A DNA stretch of 45,023 bases. It comes from Trypethelium eluteriae. Its lineage: Eukaryota. Positions within the stretch are counted from its first letter, which is position 1. Every line of letters begins with the position of its first letter. The stretch covers positions 1 through 45,023 of the forward strand of contig JAVECL010000139.1 of NCBI GenBank assembly GCA_051942245.1, read 5' to 3'. The position numbers were made by a program, and so were the translations under genes. The notes beneath the pieces were generated by a model, which did not search any database, was not told where the DNA came from, and saw nothing but the letters and a program-made list of their open reading frames with translations. Shown one piece after another: positions 21,202-34,127 of the stretch.

Positions 21202-23198
21202 TCAGCGCAGCCTAATCTGCTCGATGACAAGGTCCTTCGGGTCAGCGAACTCGTAAGTCTTATCAGCCATGCAGCCATGCATTATGCCCTGGTGTGCCAA
21301 GCATGCCTCGCCAATCAACTCATACCAGTCACTACGCTTTCTCACGACGAAGGGCATAGCAGCGCCGAAGAGGATGCATAGCCTATCTCCAGGCTGTACG
21401 CGTGATGACCCGATTCCCATGAAACCATGGCCATGCAGGAACAGTCTACGACCACGCATGACTCGGCCAAGAATAGTATTTAGCTGCCATTCCGTGTCGT
21501 ACGTTGCTTTGCCATCGGTTCTGAGATGAGTATTCAGCCACAGTCGTCCATCGTTCGACTCTTTGACTCGTTTCTGGAAGACACGGAGATATTGGTCTTC
21601 GTCCTTTAAGAAAGCATTTCCCATCATGGATCTGAGCAAGACCCTCTGCTTTATTTCCGCATTGTCACCGAAAGACTTCTCCGCGAACTGGTTCAACCTA
21701 TGGATTGGTAGTGCATACGATTCCTCGTACGGAAGACCTAAGGCTGGAGGAAGCTTTTCGATCCTACCTTCTTCAGATATCTCGCGTATCTCATCAAAGA
21801 CTATGCCCTCTGCAGTGAGCGTCTTCAAATCACCTGAGTAGGCTACCTTGGCCTGTTTGCTGCCCGACGCAGAGCGCCCGCTGTATTGTTGAAGACGAGA
21901 ATCTTTCGTCATGGCAAAAGTCTCTGAGTCATAGAGCAGTGGCAGATCGTTGTCTTGATGACAGCTACAACTCCAATCTGGAGCCCATGATGGCAGGTCA
22001 GGGACCCTTCGGTGCATATTGTTGAAGGCCAGAACATCGAGTCGGCCAGTCCTTGCGACTATCCCAGTTACGAATTCCGAGTAGATGCGAGCCGCTGGTT
22101 TGGTGTAATCGCTGGATACTACACTTCTTTCTGATGATTGGACCATCCCGAGCAGTGCAAATATCTTGTCGCGAGGATCCGTAGCTTTGCTCCGCCGATA
22201 CTTAACCAGCAAGCTCAAAATATCAGGGATACTACCAGTAGTCCACTGTACTCGCAATGATTCAAAAGCCGTAACATGGTTTGTCACCCCCATACGTGAG
22301 AATACCCCTGCCGAGACTAGTGTTTGAGCGACTTGTTGAGATGTGGCGATATGTCCAGCAATTACGGCAAAGGCAGACCACGGAAGGCTTCTATCGCCAC
22401 ATTGAACAATAACCGACTTCGACACCACCACTTCTTGAATGATCCACATCCGACTCCACCAAGGTCTTCGGAATGAGTTCATAATCGCAGGGACCTGGGC
22501 TTTGCCCTCGCCGACGTGCTCAACGAAATAATAACGACGGACAGCATCTTGCCTTCCATCTGGGTAGTATCTAGAATGGTTCACGTTCAGAAAAGGGATG
22601 ACCAGAACGAGAAGTGTTGATCATGTTGAAAGTGCAGAAAAACAACATACCTTGCGATGTTGCGGAGGTCATCCATGGCATTCGCACTGTCCTCTGAATG
22701 CTCTCCGATCCAAACGAGCACTTGAATGGCGCCAATATAGATATCCCGCATCTTTGCAATATGCCAGCTTTTTTCTTCCAAGTTATTTTGATTGATGCAA
22801 ATTGCATCGATCCACAAAAACCGCTCTTTCTGTGCATGACGGATCTGGCAAAGGGCTTCAGCCAGATTGTTTCCGATGAAGAAACGTTTCCCATTCAAGT
22901 CTACTTGGACGGTGCTGCGCGGGTCGCCCCACACGTATGATAATGCTTCGTACGAAGGCGCATTGGCTTCCCGGTAGTTTGAAAGTAGCATTCGCAAGCC
23001 TTCATTGCCGGATCCTGGAAGGAGTCGTACCAGTCGAAGTTCGCCTACTTTAGAGAGTGGAGAATAGTGAAAGTCTCCACTGGAGTTCAAGTTCAGGGCA
23101 CGATTGAAGTACGCTTGCAGTGATTCAGATTCCCCGTGACCATCAGGGTCATGGCCTGCAGTGAATTGGGAAGCCATGAACGCTGGAAATCCCGCCAT
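21202..23198 (-). CDS. Second HET-domain (HET-6-like) protein, 638 aa. Exons 23198-22651, 22570-21202
   Basis: LRLVRLLPG, YEALSYVWG, LWIDAICINQ, MRDIY, RPWWSRMWIIQE, ATDPRDKIFALLG, LPSWAPDW and PGDRLCILFGAAMPFVVR...LIGEAC. An 80-nt GTATGT..TAG intron restores the frame. Confidence 0.93.
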
Positions 23199-24499
23199 CG
23201 CCCAACCCGAGTGGCATCTGCTTGACGCTCAATGGGTCTAGTTATCGCGTATTTGTCTCGCAACGAGATCAGATTTCAGTCTCCAGGTGTTTCGACCTCC
23301 CGTTGCATCCGGACCTTCCAAGGCATCGAAGCTAAGAGCGGAGCTGAGTGTCTTGCCGCCCCCTGTAGACCAGACATATTTGGCTCGGTGAGTGGCATCT
23401 CCATAATCTCTTCCACAAAATCAAGAGTCAAGGAATTAAGGGCAAGGCAATGCCACTTTGATTGCCACACGCAAGTGCTGGTGGCTTTGCTTGCCGCGAT
23501 CTGATGCAAACTCATGGCATTTGACTCCGCAAGCACGGACACAGACACGAAGTTCATCGACGATAATGGGCTACATCTGAACGCACTTTGTTGAAGCTTT
23601 GGCCTTTGGACGTCAGTTATTGATGTCACCAAATCTCTGTTTATTCATGCACACCTGAAAAGTACTAAAGGAAATGAAGGCTAGGATTTGGTCCAGGTTC
23701 GGCTCACCCTCTGTTTGCTTTACTGCGCTCTCTCTTTCCGAAACAGGCTGTGTCACATCACGACATTGGTCACCTTATGTGAGGCGCATCATAGCCAGTG
23801 AAAAGGCGATTCATACCAACCTCGATATTTGGGCTGTGATGACTTTGGTATCGTCGTAGATCTTAGGATCCCTCAGGATGGGGAATGGTACGTGAACAAG
23901 TGCTGACCCGGCGAAGTGGAAGTTAGCTGGGACTACACCGAAACACTATTCGTCATTCTTGTAGCTTTTAACGTGCCATACCTGTGACGAGTGGATTGCC
24001 CTGCGTTCAATGCCATCACATAGGGCTGCGTTGCAGTACGGACTTCTGGGGTAAGTGAAGTCTATCAAAATGTTTTCATTCCTTTTATTGTCCAGAAGCT
24101 ATGCAGTACTCCCGCCACAAGCCTCTGGTATTCACAGCCCCAGGGACGCATATCATACCATTACGTCACGTCCAGCACTATTCTGCAGGAGGTATCATCT
24201 CCAGAAGAAGCAAGGACATGGTGGGAAACGACAGTCCTGCGAATGCGTCCTGTAGATGTAAAGGTCCGTACGAAGTTGCTGAAGCTAAAAGAAAGAAACC
24301 CAAAGAAAGCGGAGACTATGAAAACATCGGCACCTGATCAATCACAGGCGCGTGTACAGAAGAAAGGAAAAACCCTCGTCGCTGTGCGCACTACCCCCAT
24401 CGCAGAAGAGAAGATGCAGCAATACCATCAGTCCAACCCCACCAATTATCCTCATCCCAATACTCTACACATCAATTTTTCCCGCCTTTACCCTCTCAC

Positions 24500-26925
24500 T
24501 CATTGCACCAGCTCAGTCCTCAGCCCACTCGGATCCGGCTTCTTACCCCTTCTCCCCAACAACGTCGCATTATCCAAGCTAAGCTCAAACGCCCCCTTAT
24601 TCCTCACCTGCCGCTTCGCCACCGCCGCAACCGCCGGACTATGCTGACCATATCCTCTCCCTTCCTGTTGCTGCTGCTGCTGCGCCTGGCCCGCTCCCCT
24701 CGCCGGCGCATTCGCCTGCCGCGCCTGCGCCGCCGCACTCAACGTCGTATTGCGCATCTTCTGCTCGACGGCACCTACACCTCTTGCCTCCGTGCCCGCC
24801 GCGCCCTGACCGCTCTTCGGCAGCTTCGCGGGCGGGTTCGCCGAGCGCTCGTCGTACGGCGCCGAGACGGCAGCAGCTTCGTCTTCGTCCTCCTCGTCCA
24901 TGAGCGTGTCTTCGTCGAGGGTGTTGAAGCCGGGCGGCAGCGCGCTGCCGCGGTAGCCGTGCTTGAAGTTCTTGCGCCGCTTGCCCTCTTCTTCTTGCCG
25001 GTGCACTGCGTACGAGACGTCGAAGACCTCGCGGAGGTTGACGGCGCCGGGGGAGCGGAAGTCCATGCGTCGGCCGCCGGCGGAGACGCTGGAGGGGGAG
25101 GGGTCGAGGTAGGGGTAGCTGGGTTGGAGATTTTGCTGGTCGGCTTGTTGGGCTGTGTGACCGAGCTGTTTCTGGCGCTGAACGAGTGGGGTGGCGAGGG
25201 GTGGGGCGTCGGCTGCCGCTGTGGTTTCTTCTTGGGATTCACGAATCCAGGGGTGGTTGAGGAATTGCTTGATGTCGTAACGCTTTTCGGGGTCGACGGT
25301 GAGTAGGTGCGAGACGAGGTCTTGGGCACTCTTGGAAATATCGTCCCACCAGGGTGAGAGAAAAGTGTATTGGCCGCGGGCGACCTTCTCAGTGAGGACT
25401 TGGATGCTCTCGTCGTAGAACGGGGGAAAGCCACAAAGGAGAGTATAAAGGACGCAGCCTAATGCCCACATGTCGACGCTCTTCGAGTATCGCTCATCCT
25501 TGACAATCTCAGGTGCTGTATAACCGACAGTACCACAAGGAGTCATAGTCTGGGTATCCCAGATAACTTTGGAGAGACCAAAGTCGGCAATCTTGATTAC
25601 ACCGATGCCACCAGCCCCAACACCCTTGATGAACTCTCCTTCGTCTGCCTTATCTTCATCTTCGGGTGCTCTGGGCTTAGGGTTTCTGGTTGGAACGAAC
25701 GGAATGCCATAGAAAAGAAGATTTTCCGGTTTAATATCCCTTTTTCCAAATCAGCAAAGAGGTAGTTGCAGCTGTGACAGAAAGTTACTCACCGATGTAC
25801 AACGCCAGCCTGTTCATGCAAGTACTCCAAGGCCTTCGCAACTTGGATGATAACGTGTCTAGAAAGATCTTCGCTGAAGTAGGTAAGTCTAACGATTTGA
25901 TGGAAAAGCTCTCCACCAGGGCAGAGCTCGAGTACGATGTAGTAGTATTGCCGCGATTCGGAGAAGTCGACGAGTTTGACAATGTTGGGATGATCCAATT
26001 GTCGCATAATTTGGACCTCCTTGAGAATGTTTGCTCGCTATGGAGTATGACGTCAGTAGCTGAAGAGACAACTTGGAGTGTTGCAACCCGAAATTCAAGC
26101 AAAAACAAGGGAACAACAAAGTACAGACGATTAAATTATGGAAGCTGTGCTGACCTCCACTGTCTTTGGAACCTTCTTGAAATCGGGATGGAGGTGGTTA
26201 TCGCCCTAGACCGGTCCTGTTGGCCCCCAATGTATGATATGTAATATCGGAGAAGGGTTGATGGAAGACGGAGAGGAAGCAAGTCCGTGGAAAAGGGAAA
26301 CAAATGAAATGCACAAAAGGATAGGTGTAGCAACGAGTCGCGCTGCAATACTAACCTGACTCGAATTCATCTCAAATTTCCTCACTACCTTGATGGCGCA
26401 CTCCGCATATTGGCCGGTGTTGTCCTTGGCCCGATAAACATTACTGAAAGCACCATCACCCATTTTCTCCAGTAGTGTATATCTGTCTAGTCCTGGATAT
26501 TTGGGTAGTTTGCCTTTGCTTTCTCGCTCTTCAGCCACTATCCGCTCGAGAACGGAAGGGTCGTAGTCTTGCTTTCTCTCCTTAGTGCCTGCCTGGTGAG
26601 CGGCTTGCTGCTTATGACGTTGACCGGCCTGATGTGCTGCCGCCTCTCCTGCTTGGGCTGCGACATTACGATTGTCGATGGCGGCAACAGAATAATCGCC
26701 ATGAGGTGCGGCATGACCTTGGAGAGGTTTATGATCGTAGATATTAGGCTCGCTCACACCAAAGTGCTCGGCCTGGGGTGCATGGCCACCACCGTAGTTG
26801 CCATATCGCTGTTGCTGCGCGTGGACATTTGACACCTGGGTAGTGGCGTCGCCTTGTGGTGAATGGCCATTCCGGGCTTGCTTGCCATGGCGGATGAAGT
26901 TTTTCAGATTCTGTATCGTAGTCAT
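24500..26925 (-). CDS. srk1: Stress-responsive MAPK-activated CAMK kinase (Srk1/Rck2/SrkA), 701 aa with the mini-exon. Exons 26925-26356, 26205-26155, 26037-25793, 25739-24500
   Basis: MTTIQNLKNFIRHGKQA N-terminus, MGDGAFSNVY, AIKVVRK, HRDIKPEN, IADFGLSK, TPCGTVGYTAPE, LREVFDVSYAVHR and FELSLDNATLLGRR. Confidence 0.93.
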
Positions 26926-29207
26926 GGTTCAGTCCTACAGTTGGGACTTTTCGTAGCGCGACGTGTGTGGAGGGAGGAGGGATGAGGGATGTGGCGCAAA
27001 GAAGGTGACAAGATGCCGGTGGAGGGTAAGAAGTTAGAGGTGGTGAAGGGCAACTGCGCTTTGACAGCAAGGTACGGCAGCAAGATTTGTTGCCGAAATG
27101 GAGAGAAACAACGTCAGAGCGGGAAGATGCAGGAAGGGACAGTATGGTGACGGGGTTGGATGCGAGGGTGCGAGGGTAAGAGTAGCAGATTGCAGGTCGA
27201 CTATGACGTTGCTCTTGGCCAGCAAGAATGATGCGGGTTGGGGGCAGCCGCAGGACAAAGCAATGCCAGCCTTGCAACGCGGGTCAGGCCTGATAAACAG
27301 TGCCCCAGAATGCGCTGACGGGGGTAGTGTGAATGGACGCAAGGCTGTGTGAATTGACGATACAAACAGCGGTGGTGTGAGAGAGCAGTGTTGCTGATGG
27401 GCTGGAGGAAATGGTGCAGCGTCCGGAACAGGATGGGATGGGATGACGAAATGCTGTTGCTGACCTGGATATTCCACATGCTGCCCGCGCTCACTTTGCA
27501 ACCCTGTCGGTCTGTAACTTGCCTTCGATCCCCCGATCTCTGCTTAATCTCTGCTGCTTGATCTCCTGCCACAACTCTAATTAACGCTGCCGAGACGTCG
27601 TGAGACGGGACGCTCTCGATGTGTTCCCCAAAGCGTCGATATGACGGACCCCGCTACTGTGAGCCTGCTGCCGTCAGGATTTCAACTGAAATGCCCTATC
27701 ATCCGTTTCAAGGCCAAGAGTTGGTGGAGTAGGGGCCTCTGCACGACGAAGCAGTCTATATCAGAAGTGTCTGGGACCTTGAATTTTGAAGTGCAGGCGT
27801 CATTGGGTGCCGGCCGGGTCACCGCATCTAAGGAGGCTTTTGGCACCCGGCCGCTTTGCATCACAGCTCACGACGGCTTCTAGACTAAGGCAGGGTCATG
27901 AGCAGAGCAGGCGTCCTGTCTCCAATATCCCACCATCCATTCGGTTGCACGGTTCCTTTGTCTATGCTAATTTCTAGATTCAGCCAGTCAAGACCAGAAT
28001 ACCATCGCACCACTCAGGACAGAGGCGGCAGCACGAAGGAGCCACCAAGCGTCCAGCCATTCTCCCAGCGAGCCTATTTGCCTTGATTCTGCTGTGGCGT
28101 CTGATCTTCATTACCATGAAGCAATCTTCAAATCGCCATCCATATGGAGACGAGAGAATACTCGCCAAGATGCAACCTTGCGTCATCGGATCAGGGTCTG
28201 AAGCTTGACGCGTGTGGCGTTTCTGCTATACTGTATGCGGGCTGACTGGGAGCCAACAGGACGTCAGCAAACCTGCTCCTGCAGGAAGCAGGGCTACATA
28301 GTTTGCGCAGATACTACCTATGAGAAGCACGGTGGATATGAAACAGCTGTCTATTTCGGCACCATTCAGGTGTTCTTGGTACAGTAGTATGCAACACATC
28401 GTTTCTCAGTAAGCTAGCCAATTATCTAGACTATTACACAGTTCTGGATGCCCGTGACTGGCATGGCTCTCGAGGCAGATGCGACATTGCTAACTACCAT
28501 ATATCCTAATAAGTTTGAAATCATTGCCGTGACTCAGTTTCTATTACCCAAGGCTTAGCAATATGTACATCGTTGCAACCACAACTGCACAAACGACCCT
28601 GCCTCTCCGTGCCCTGAGCATGGCGTGTTAAGAAATTAGAAGAAAGCAAACCGGTCGCGGCAGCAACTGTGTGCAGACAAACCATGGTACTCCAGCAAAT
28701 AAGTAGCCAGCCAAGTAGAAGCTCATAGTCAACTTCGATAACTGACCCCACGTGTGCTTTCACTTTTGACGCCGATGAAAGAGCGTGTTACCGCGGATGT
28801 GCGAGAACGTACCAGGCTCACGAACGATAGAAAAGAATCGGGGAAACCACTCCCACAATGAGGTTGCTGACGGAGAAAGCGGGCAAGCAGACGTGTGTCA
28901 GAACAGGCTTTTTCTTATTGACAAAAGAATACAGAGAACTGGTTTGACAAGAAAGTCAACCTCTCAAACGAAGTATAAAATGCACTCCAAGAGTTGGAAT
29001 CACACAGCCAAAAGCCTCCCCTTTGAACACCGTTTATGTGGATGCGCCGCTAATTAAAAAAGGACAAAACCACGGTTACTGCTGGACGAGTATGCAGTAC
29101 CCGCTCTTCCTCTTCTCCAGCTTACAAGCAATCAACGACTCCGTGCTCCCCACACGTTTATTTTGCTCATTTGTCGTCCGAATTCCATATGGTCGACATT
29201 CTCTTTC

Positions 29208-31466
29208 TTAGTCTGTCGATCCATGCTCGTGCTTGATCGGGTGGAACAGTGTATTCCTCAAACACATTCTTCCCGTTCCGCTGCCTTCCTCGTACATACC
29301 ACCCTCATTGTTCTCTCGCTGCCCTAGAAACCTTCTCCAGAGGGCTCCGCTGAATCCACTGTTATAATAGAAACTTGTGCCCAGGAAGTTGTGTTCTCCC
29401 CAGCCGAAAACGCTGTCGAAATCGGTTTCGGGATGGTTGAAGATCTGATCAGCGTACTCGAGCGGCCAGTCACGATCGAAGAAAACAGGATGAGGAGCGT
29501 AGACAGCCTTCAAGCCGTGATGAAGCGCAACAGATGGCGGCCACATCTCGGGGAACATCGTATGGCGCATGGCCCATGTCTCCTCGTGCATAAGGTTGAG
29601 GAGACGTTTGGAGAGACGGCCAATCGTGATAATGGCACAGCGACGTGGTGGGACAGGGAGGCTGAGGTTGTAGCCAGTGACATCGAGACGGAAGACCCAG
29701 TTGCTACGTTCTGGGTCGAAGATAGGATCAAAGACAATGAGATCAGCGTCTTCGCCAACACCCCATTCGTAGTCGTCATCCTGGTAGCGTCGAGGTGGGT
29801 GCACCTCTGGCGGGCTGTCTAGCATGTCAGTGGCAGGGAATTCAACGGGACCCCAGATTGGTGTGATCCCAGCCTGCTTGCTTTCTCGCTCGACAGTCTC
29901 GGTAAAATTGGCCCATGCACCGTGAACTTCGGGGATGTAGAATCTTGAGCTACGCTCCCAGAGGCCTTTGCGCGGTTGTTCACGCGCCCAATCGCTAATC
30001 TTGTTGTGAAATTCGTAGTAGTGGCCGCTCAATCTGACATCCATCTCCCAGTTCCAGAAGAAGTCATATTCCTGGTGCTGCTGAGCGAACCACTGTAGCG
30101 CGAAGTGCGCCGAGCGGTAGACACCATGGATTGGTGCACCGGCCATGTTGACGACGTTGTCCGGGAAAGGATCGGGGTAATAGAGCTCCATGAGCTTCTC
30201 CGACCAGAGTGTTGCCATGCCCCAGAATTCTTCCGGAACATTGGCCTCAAGTGTCTCACGATATACCTCATCTGATGCCCAGATCGGGATGCTATCGTCC
30301 TTGACGTGTACCAAGAAATGTATGTCATATTCCCCACCGGACTTGAGGGAGAGCTCATTGATCATGGCGCGAATGGTCATGATCTGATGCTCATCATATT
30401 TATTACCGGTCCAAGTACGCAGGACGTAGGCAGTGCGAGACACCTTCTTCTTCGGGGTGTCCATAGCTTTGCCCTGATCATCAGTTGTGCTATTTTCGAA
30501 GCGTAGTTTGTTCTTCTCGAAGCACTTCTTTTGAGCATCGCCCCAGTTGATACCTCTGTAATCAATCTTGCCGGATTTGTCAAAAATCTTGTCGACACCT
30601 CCCTTTTCAGACCGGTTGCCTAAGCCTAGGCCACCTTCGACAGGGTAATATCCATAGCCATACGGAACGAATCGGCCGAAGCGGTCGAAGCAAACGTTCG
30701 TATCGAAGCCAATCTCTGCAGGCGAGCCAAACGTGTTCGTGGTCATGCCTTCAGGGATACCTGGGTAAGCGTAGATATCAGGGGCGGCAATCTTGTCATT
30801 GGCGTCCAAATAGCATTTCTCCACCGGTCGGTGTTGTGAGAGGTATTCATAAGACTCGTAATCGGGATATGGGCTAAAAACAACGGGCTCCATCGGGGGG
30901 TCGGTGTTGGGTGTATTCAGGTTAATCAGTGATCTCTTGGCTTTACCGAAAAGATCTTTGGCAATCTCTTGTGTTTCATTGAGTGGATTCTCTGGCACCC
31001 ATTCGGACACCGGTATTAGTTTCCGAACGCCGTTGTAGTATCCATTCAGTCTCCAGGGATACCGTTAGCAGGATAAAACAGCTCGTGATGTTCAATGTGG
31101 ACTGTACCTGTTGAAGTTTTGCCACGTGAATTGAGGCCCTCTATCTGACCTGTCTGGTTCTACGATATCGTCGTCATCCATACTGCCAGCATAAGTAGAC
31201 CCGACTCTCGGCTTATATTTTCCTCCAGCCAGCAGAGCAACGCCAAACAATATCGTCGCAATTATTATCAGTAGTCGCAAAGGTGACAATCGAAGGAACC
31301 GTAACCGATCACTGCCGGGACTGGGTGATCTCCATTTCCCTTTGAGACTGGCAAAGGCCGAACTACTACCTCTGCCGTTCTCTCCCCCACCGGGAAGTCG
31401 CTCGTATTTGGCCATGTTGATAAGTCGAAGAGGATTGAGGTTTCGCAGGCGTGGCAGGCCAAGCAT
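29208..31466 (-). CDS. DUF3405 family type II membrane protein, about 733 aa. Exons 31466-31108, 31050-29208; alternative start at 31415
   Basis: N-terminal TM, VCFDRFGRF, RTAYVLRTW, RAMINELSLKSGGEY, FFWNWEMDVR, EMWPPSVALHHGLKAVYAPHP and LFHPIK. The 57-nt intron has a GCTAAC branch and a GAG acceptor. Confidence 0.9.
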
Positions 31467-34127
31467 GTCATCTAGCACGAGCGTCGGTTTGCATTACTGG
31501 GTATCAGACGGTACTTGATCAGTCGTTCAACGTCGTTCACGACCTCTCCACTACGCCCGCCCGGTCGGTCGTGGACGAAGTGGTGAGGGATCGAAAGAAT
31601 GGTTGGTGCAAGCGATGAAACGCGACGGGGAAAGACGGGCGATTATGTCAGGCGAGAATCCTTCTTCTTGACGTTGAGGCCACGCCGTCACAACGTCGAC
31701 TCTATTGCAAAAGGAGCGATCGGATGAGAGTCGGCAGCAGAGAAGGAAAAAGAAGGTCGTTGTGTACGACGACGACGACGTGTGTGTCTTGGGAGAGGTG
31801 TCAGAGTCCAACGCTGAGTTCGATAGGAGTCGCTAATGAGTTTGCTGGGAGCCCTGTCGGTGGTGATTGCGATTAATTGGTCGGCAGCGAGAGGCTGTCA
31901 GGTTGGGTCGCGCACTCGCTGGTGCACCGCTCAAGAGCCGGGCCCGCCAGGTGACAGGGGTTGGGGGGGTCGGATTACCTCCTGATGCTCTTCGTACGGA
32001 GGGCTAGGGGATAAGCCGACAGCAGGGAAGTTTGCGCGACTCGTTGCTAAGGGCGAGGACGAGGCACAGGAGCAGAAGGATGGCGCGGCGGAAATGGCCA
32101 AAAGCAATCAGAGGCGGCCAAGGCGGGCGGTCGATGGCGAGCTCTGTTAGTTCAGGAGTGAACTGCACCGTTAACGTATTAGGCTGCGTAGGTGCGTGGG
32201 TGCGTGGGTGTGCTCTTCCATTCGGTACCCGCCACTCTTCAGACTAGCGAGGTTCCATGCCCTCTCTCCCACGCAACCAAGGAATTACGGGCACATTGGC
32301 TCATTACTTGGCTACACTACCTTCACGAACGCTGAGCTCAGCACACGAGCACCATTCTCTCTAATGACTTCCTGATAGCATGGCTGCAGTGGCTGTAGCC
32401 TGCTCGGTACCTCGCTATCAAATCGCCTTCTCACATCCGCAGCCCAACGCTCTGTTACGCCCTCAGAGGATATTAATGGTACTCCGTACAGAACCGACAG
32501 TAGCACCTCCGGTTTCAGCCTACGGCTGCTGCAGCTTGCCACGGATGCGTCCGTGCTTGGGCCATGTTGAGATGGACGAGCACAAGTCTGCATTTGGCAA
32601 TTAGGTCACCATTGCGCGGTCGCACATTCTCTTGGACGGCTTTCCGGCATGTTCTCCGCATTCAATAACCTTCTCTGAGGATAAGCAGTCATTTTCCGTA
32701 GAGCGGCGAGAGTAGTAAGCGGGACGGAAGGATCTGCTACATGCATTCTAAGAGGAATCGCAGAAATGGGGATGATGAATTCCTATTTCTAGGGATTGCT
32801 TGTCCAGTAGCTGATTCGTCGTGTTAGTATCCCAATACAGGAGTTGTCAACGGTGTTACTGTACTATGAAAATGGCGCCGTCATGCGTTTTGCACCCGCA
32901 TTGATGACATCGTGTTCTCATTTAGATGAGCACAAACCGCCGTACAGAAACGAAACTCTTTAAGCTGTTCAGGTACTTAGCCTGATTTACTCCGCAATAT
33001 CCACAGCCTTGCTCAGTGCCATGAGCTTATACACATTCCCCATCTCGTTCAGCCTTGTTGAAGAGACCATGCAAAACACCCGCAAAATTGTAGTTTGCTT
33101 TCAATTTCTACTGATATGTGTCATTCCGCGCTTGACGGACGGCGGAGCCGATCTCAGTGTCAACAAAAGGCAGTAGTGAGGATCCCCTAAGTAGTACGGG
33201 CCGAAGGAATTGTTAATACAGCATGACCACTGAGAGATCCCGGAGATCTACGCAGATCTCCCCAACGGGCGCCTTTTATATTCGTGGCTCAAGCTTGTAT
33301 AGCCTAGAGGCGATTCCCAACGCTCGGAGATCCTTCTTCAGAGATCTCAAGACTTGACTTATTTTGATAATTAGAATCGCAACACTCAGCGATCCACATA
33401 GTGTATCCAAAGAGTCTTATTTTTTGATGTTCGTACAAGAAGAACCGGGAAGATTAGTGCGATCTTTGAAGAAGGAATCTTCTGAATCCATCGAAGTACG
33501 AGATCCCGGCAGAAAATGTACGCGCGTCCCTGCGCAGCCAATCACTGCCACCCGCTCTTCCGACCGCTCTGTGCTTCACCAAGCGGCATGCCCTACTTCC
33601 GGTCGCGTACATGAAGTATCACTTGTAACAAAGTTGCACATCGGTGGGGTCGCTGTCCGATCTGTTAAAACGTGATATGGCTACACAAATGAGCTTCCTC
33701 TATCGATGCCAAGCCGTATCGGTGATGTTTCTGGCAAGCCCCTGGAGAGGCAAAGAGATCTCGTCCCTTGTGTGGCTGGCGGATATGCGAACGATGGGAG
33801 CATGCAGGTCAGATTACGCAGCGCTGATGATGTGCAGTCTCGGCCGTGGATGAAATCCTCTGGCGCGTGGATTGGATCGAGACCTGCGTGAGGCTAGTGC
33901 CAACTTGTCGACGAGCATATTACGAATGTCAGGCCGCCGTATAATGTAAGAAAGTTATCTTTTCGTGTTCTTATTCTCTGAACTCGGTAACCATTAGTTA
34001 CATAAGCAACCCTATTTGAACACGTTCACAATTTTGCTTTCGCGGTGTAGCGACACATGCTCTGTGAAAGTAGATCATCTCTGTTCTGTCCAAAATCCCC
34101 ATCGATGTCGAGCCGGGTGGGTCTTCT

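Noticed and set aside
15050..24240. Island as a Starship or autonomous transposon
   Set aside because: No tyrosine recombinase (DUF3435), transposase, RT or integrase ORF, and I found no convincing bounding repeats.
26926..29207. Short ORFs upstream of the kinase, and likewise in 31500-34000 and 23232-24240
   Set aside because: Overlapping short ORFs with no consistent exon chain or motifs; treated as UTR or intergenic.
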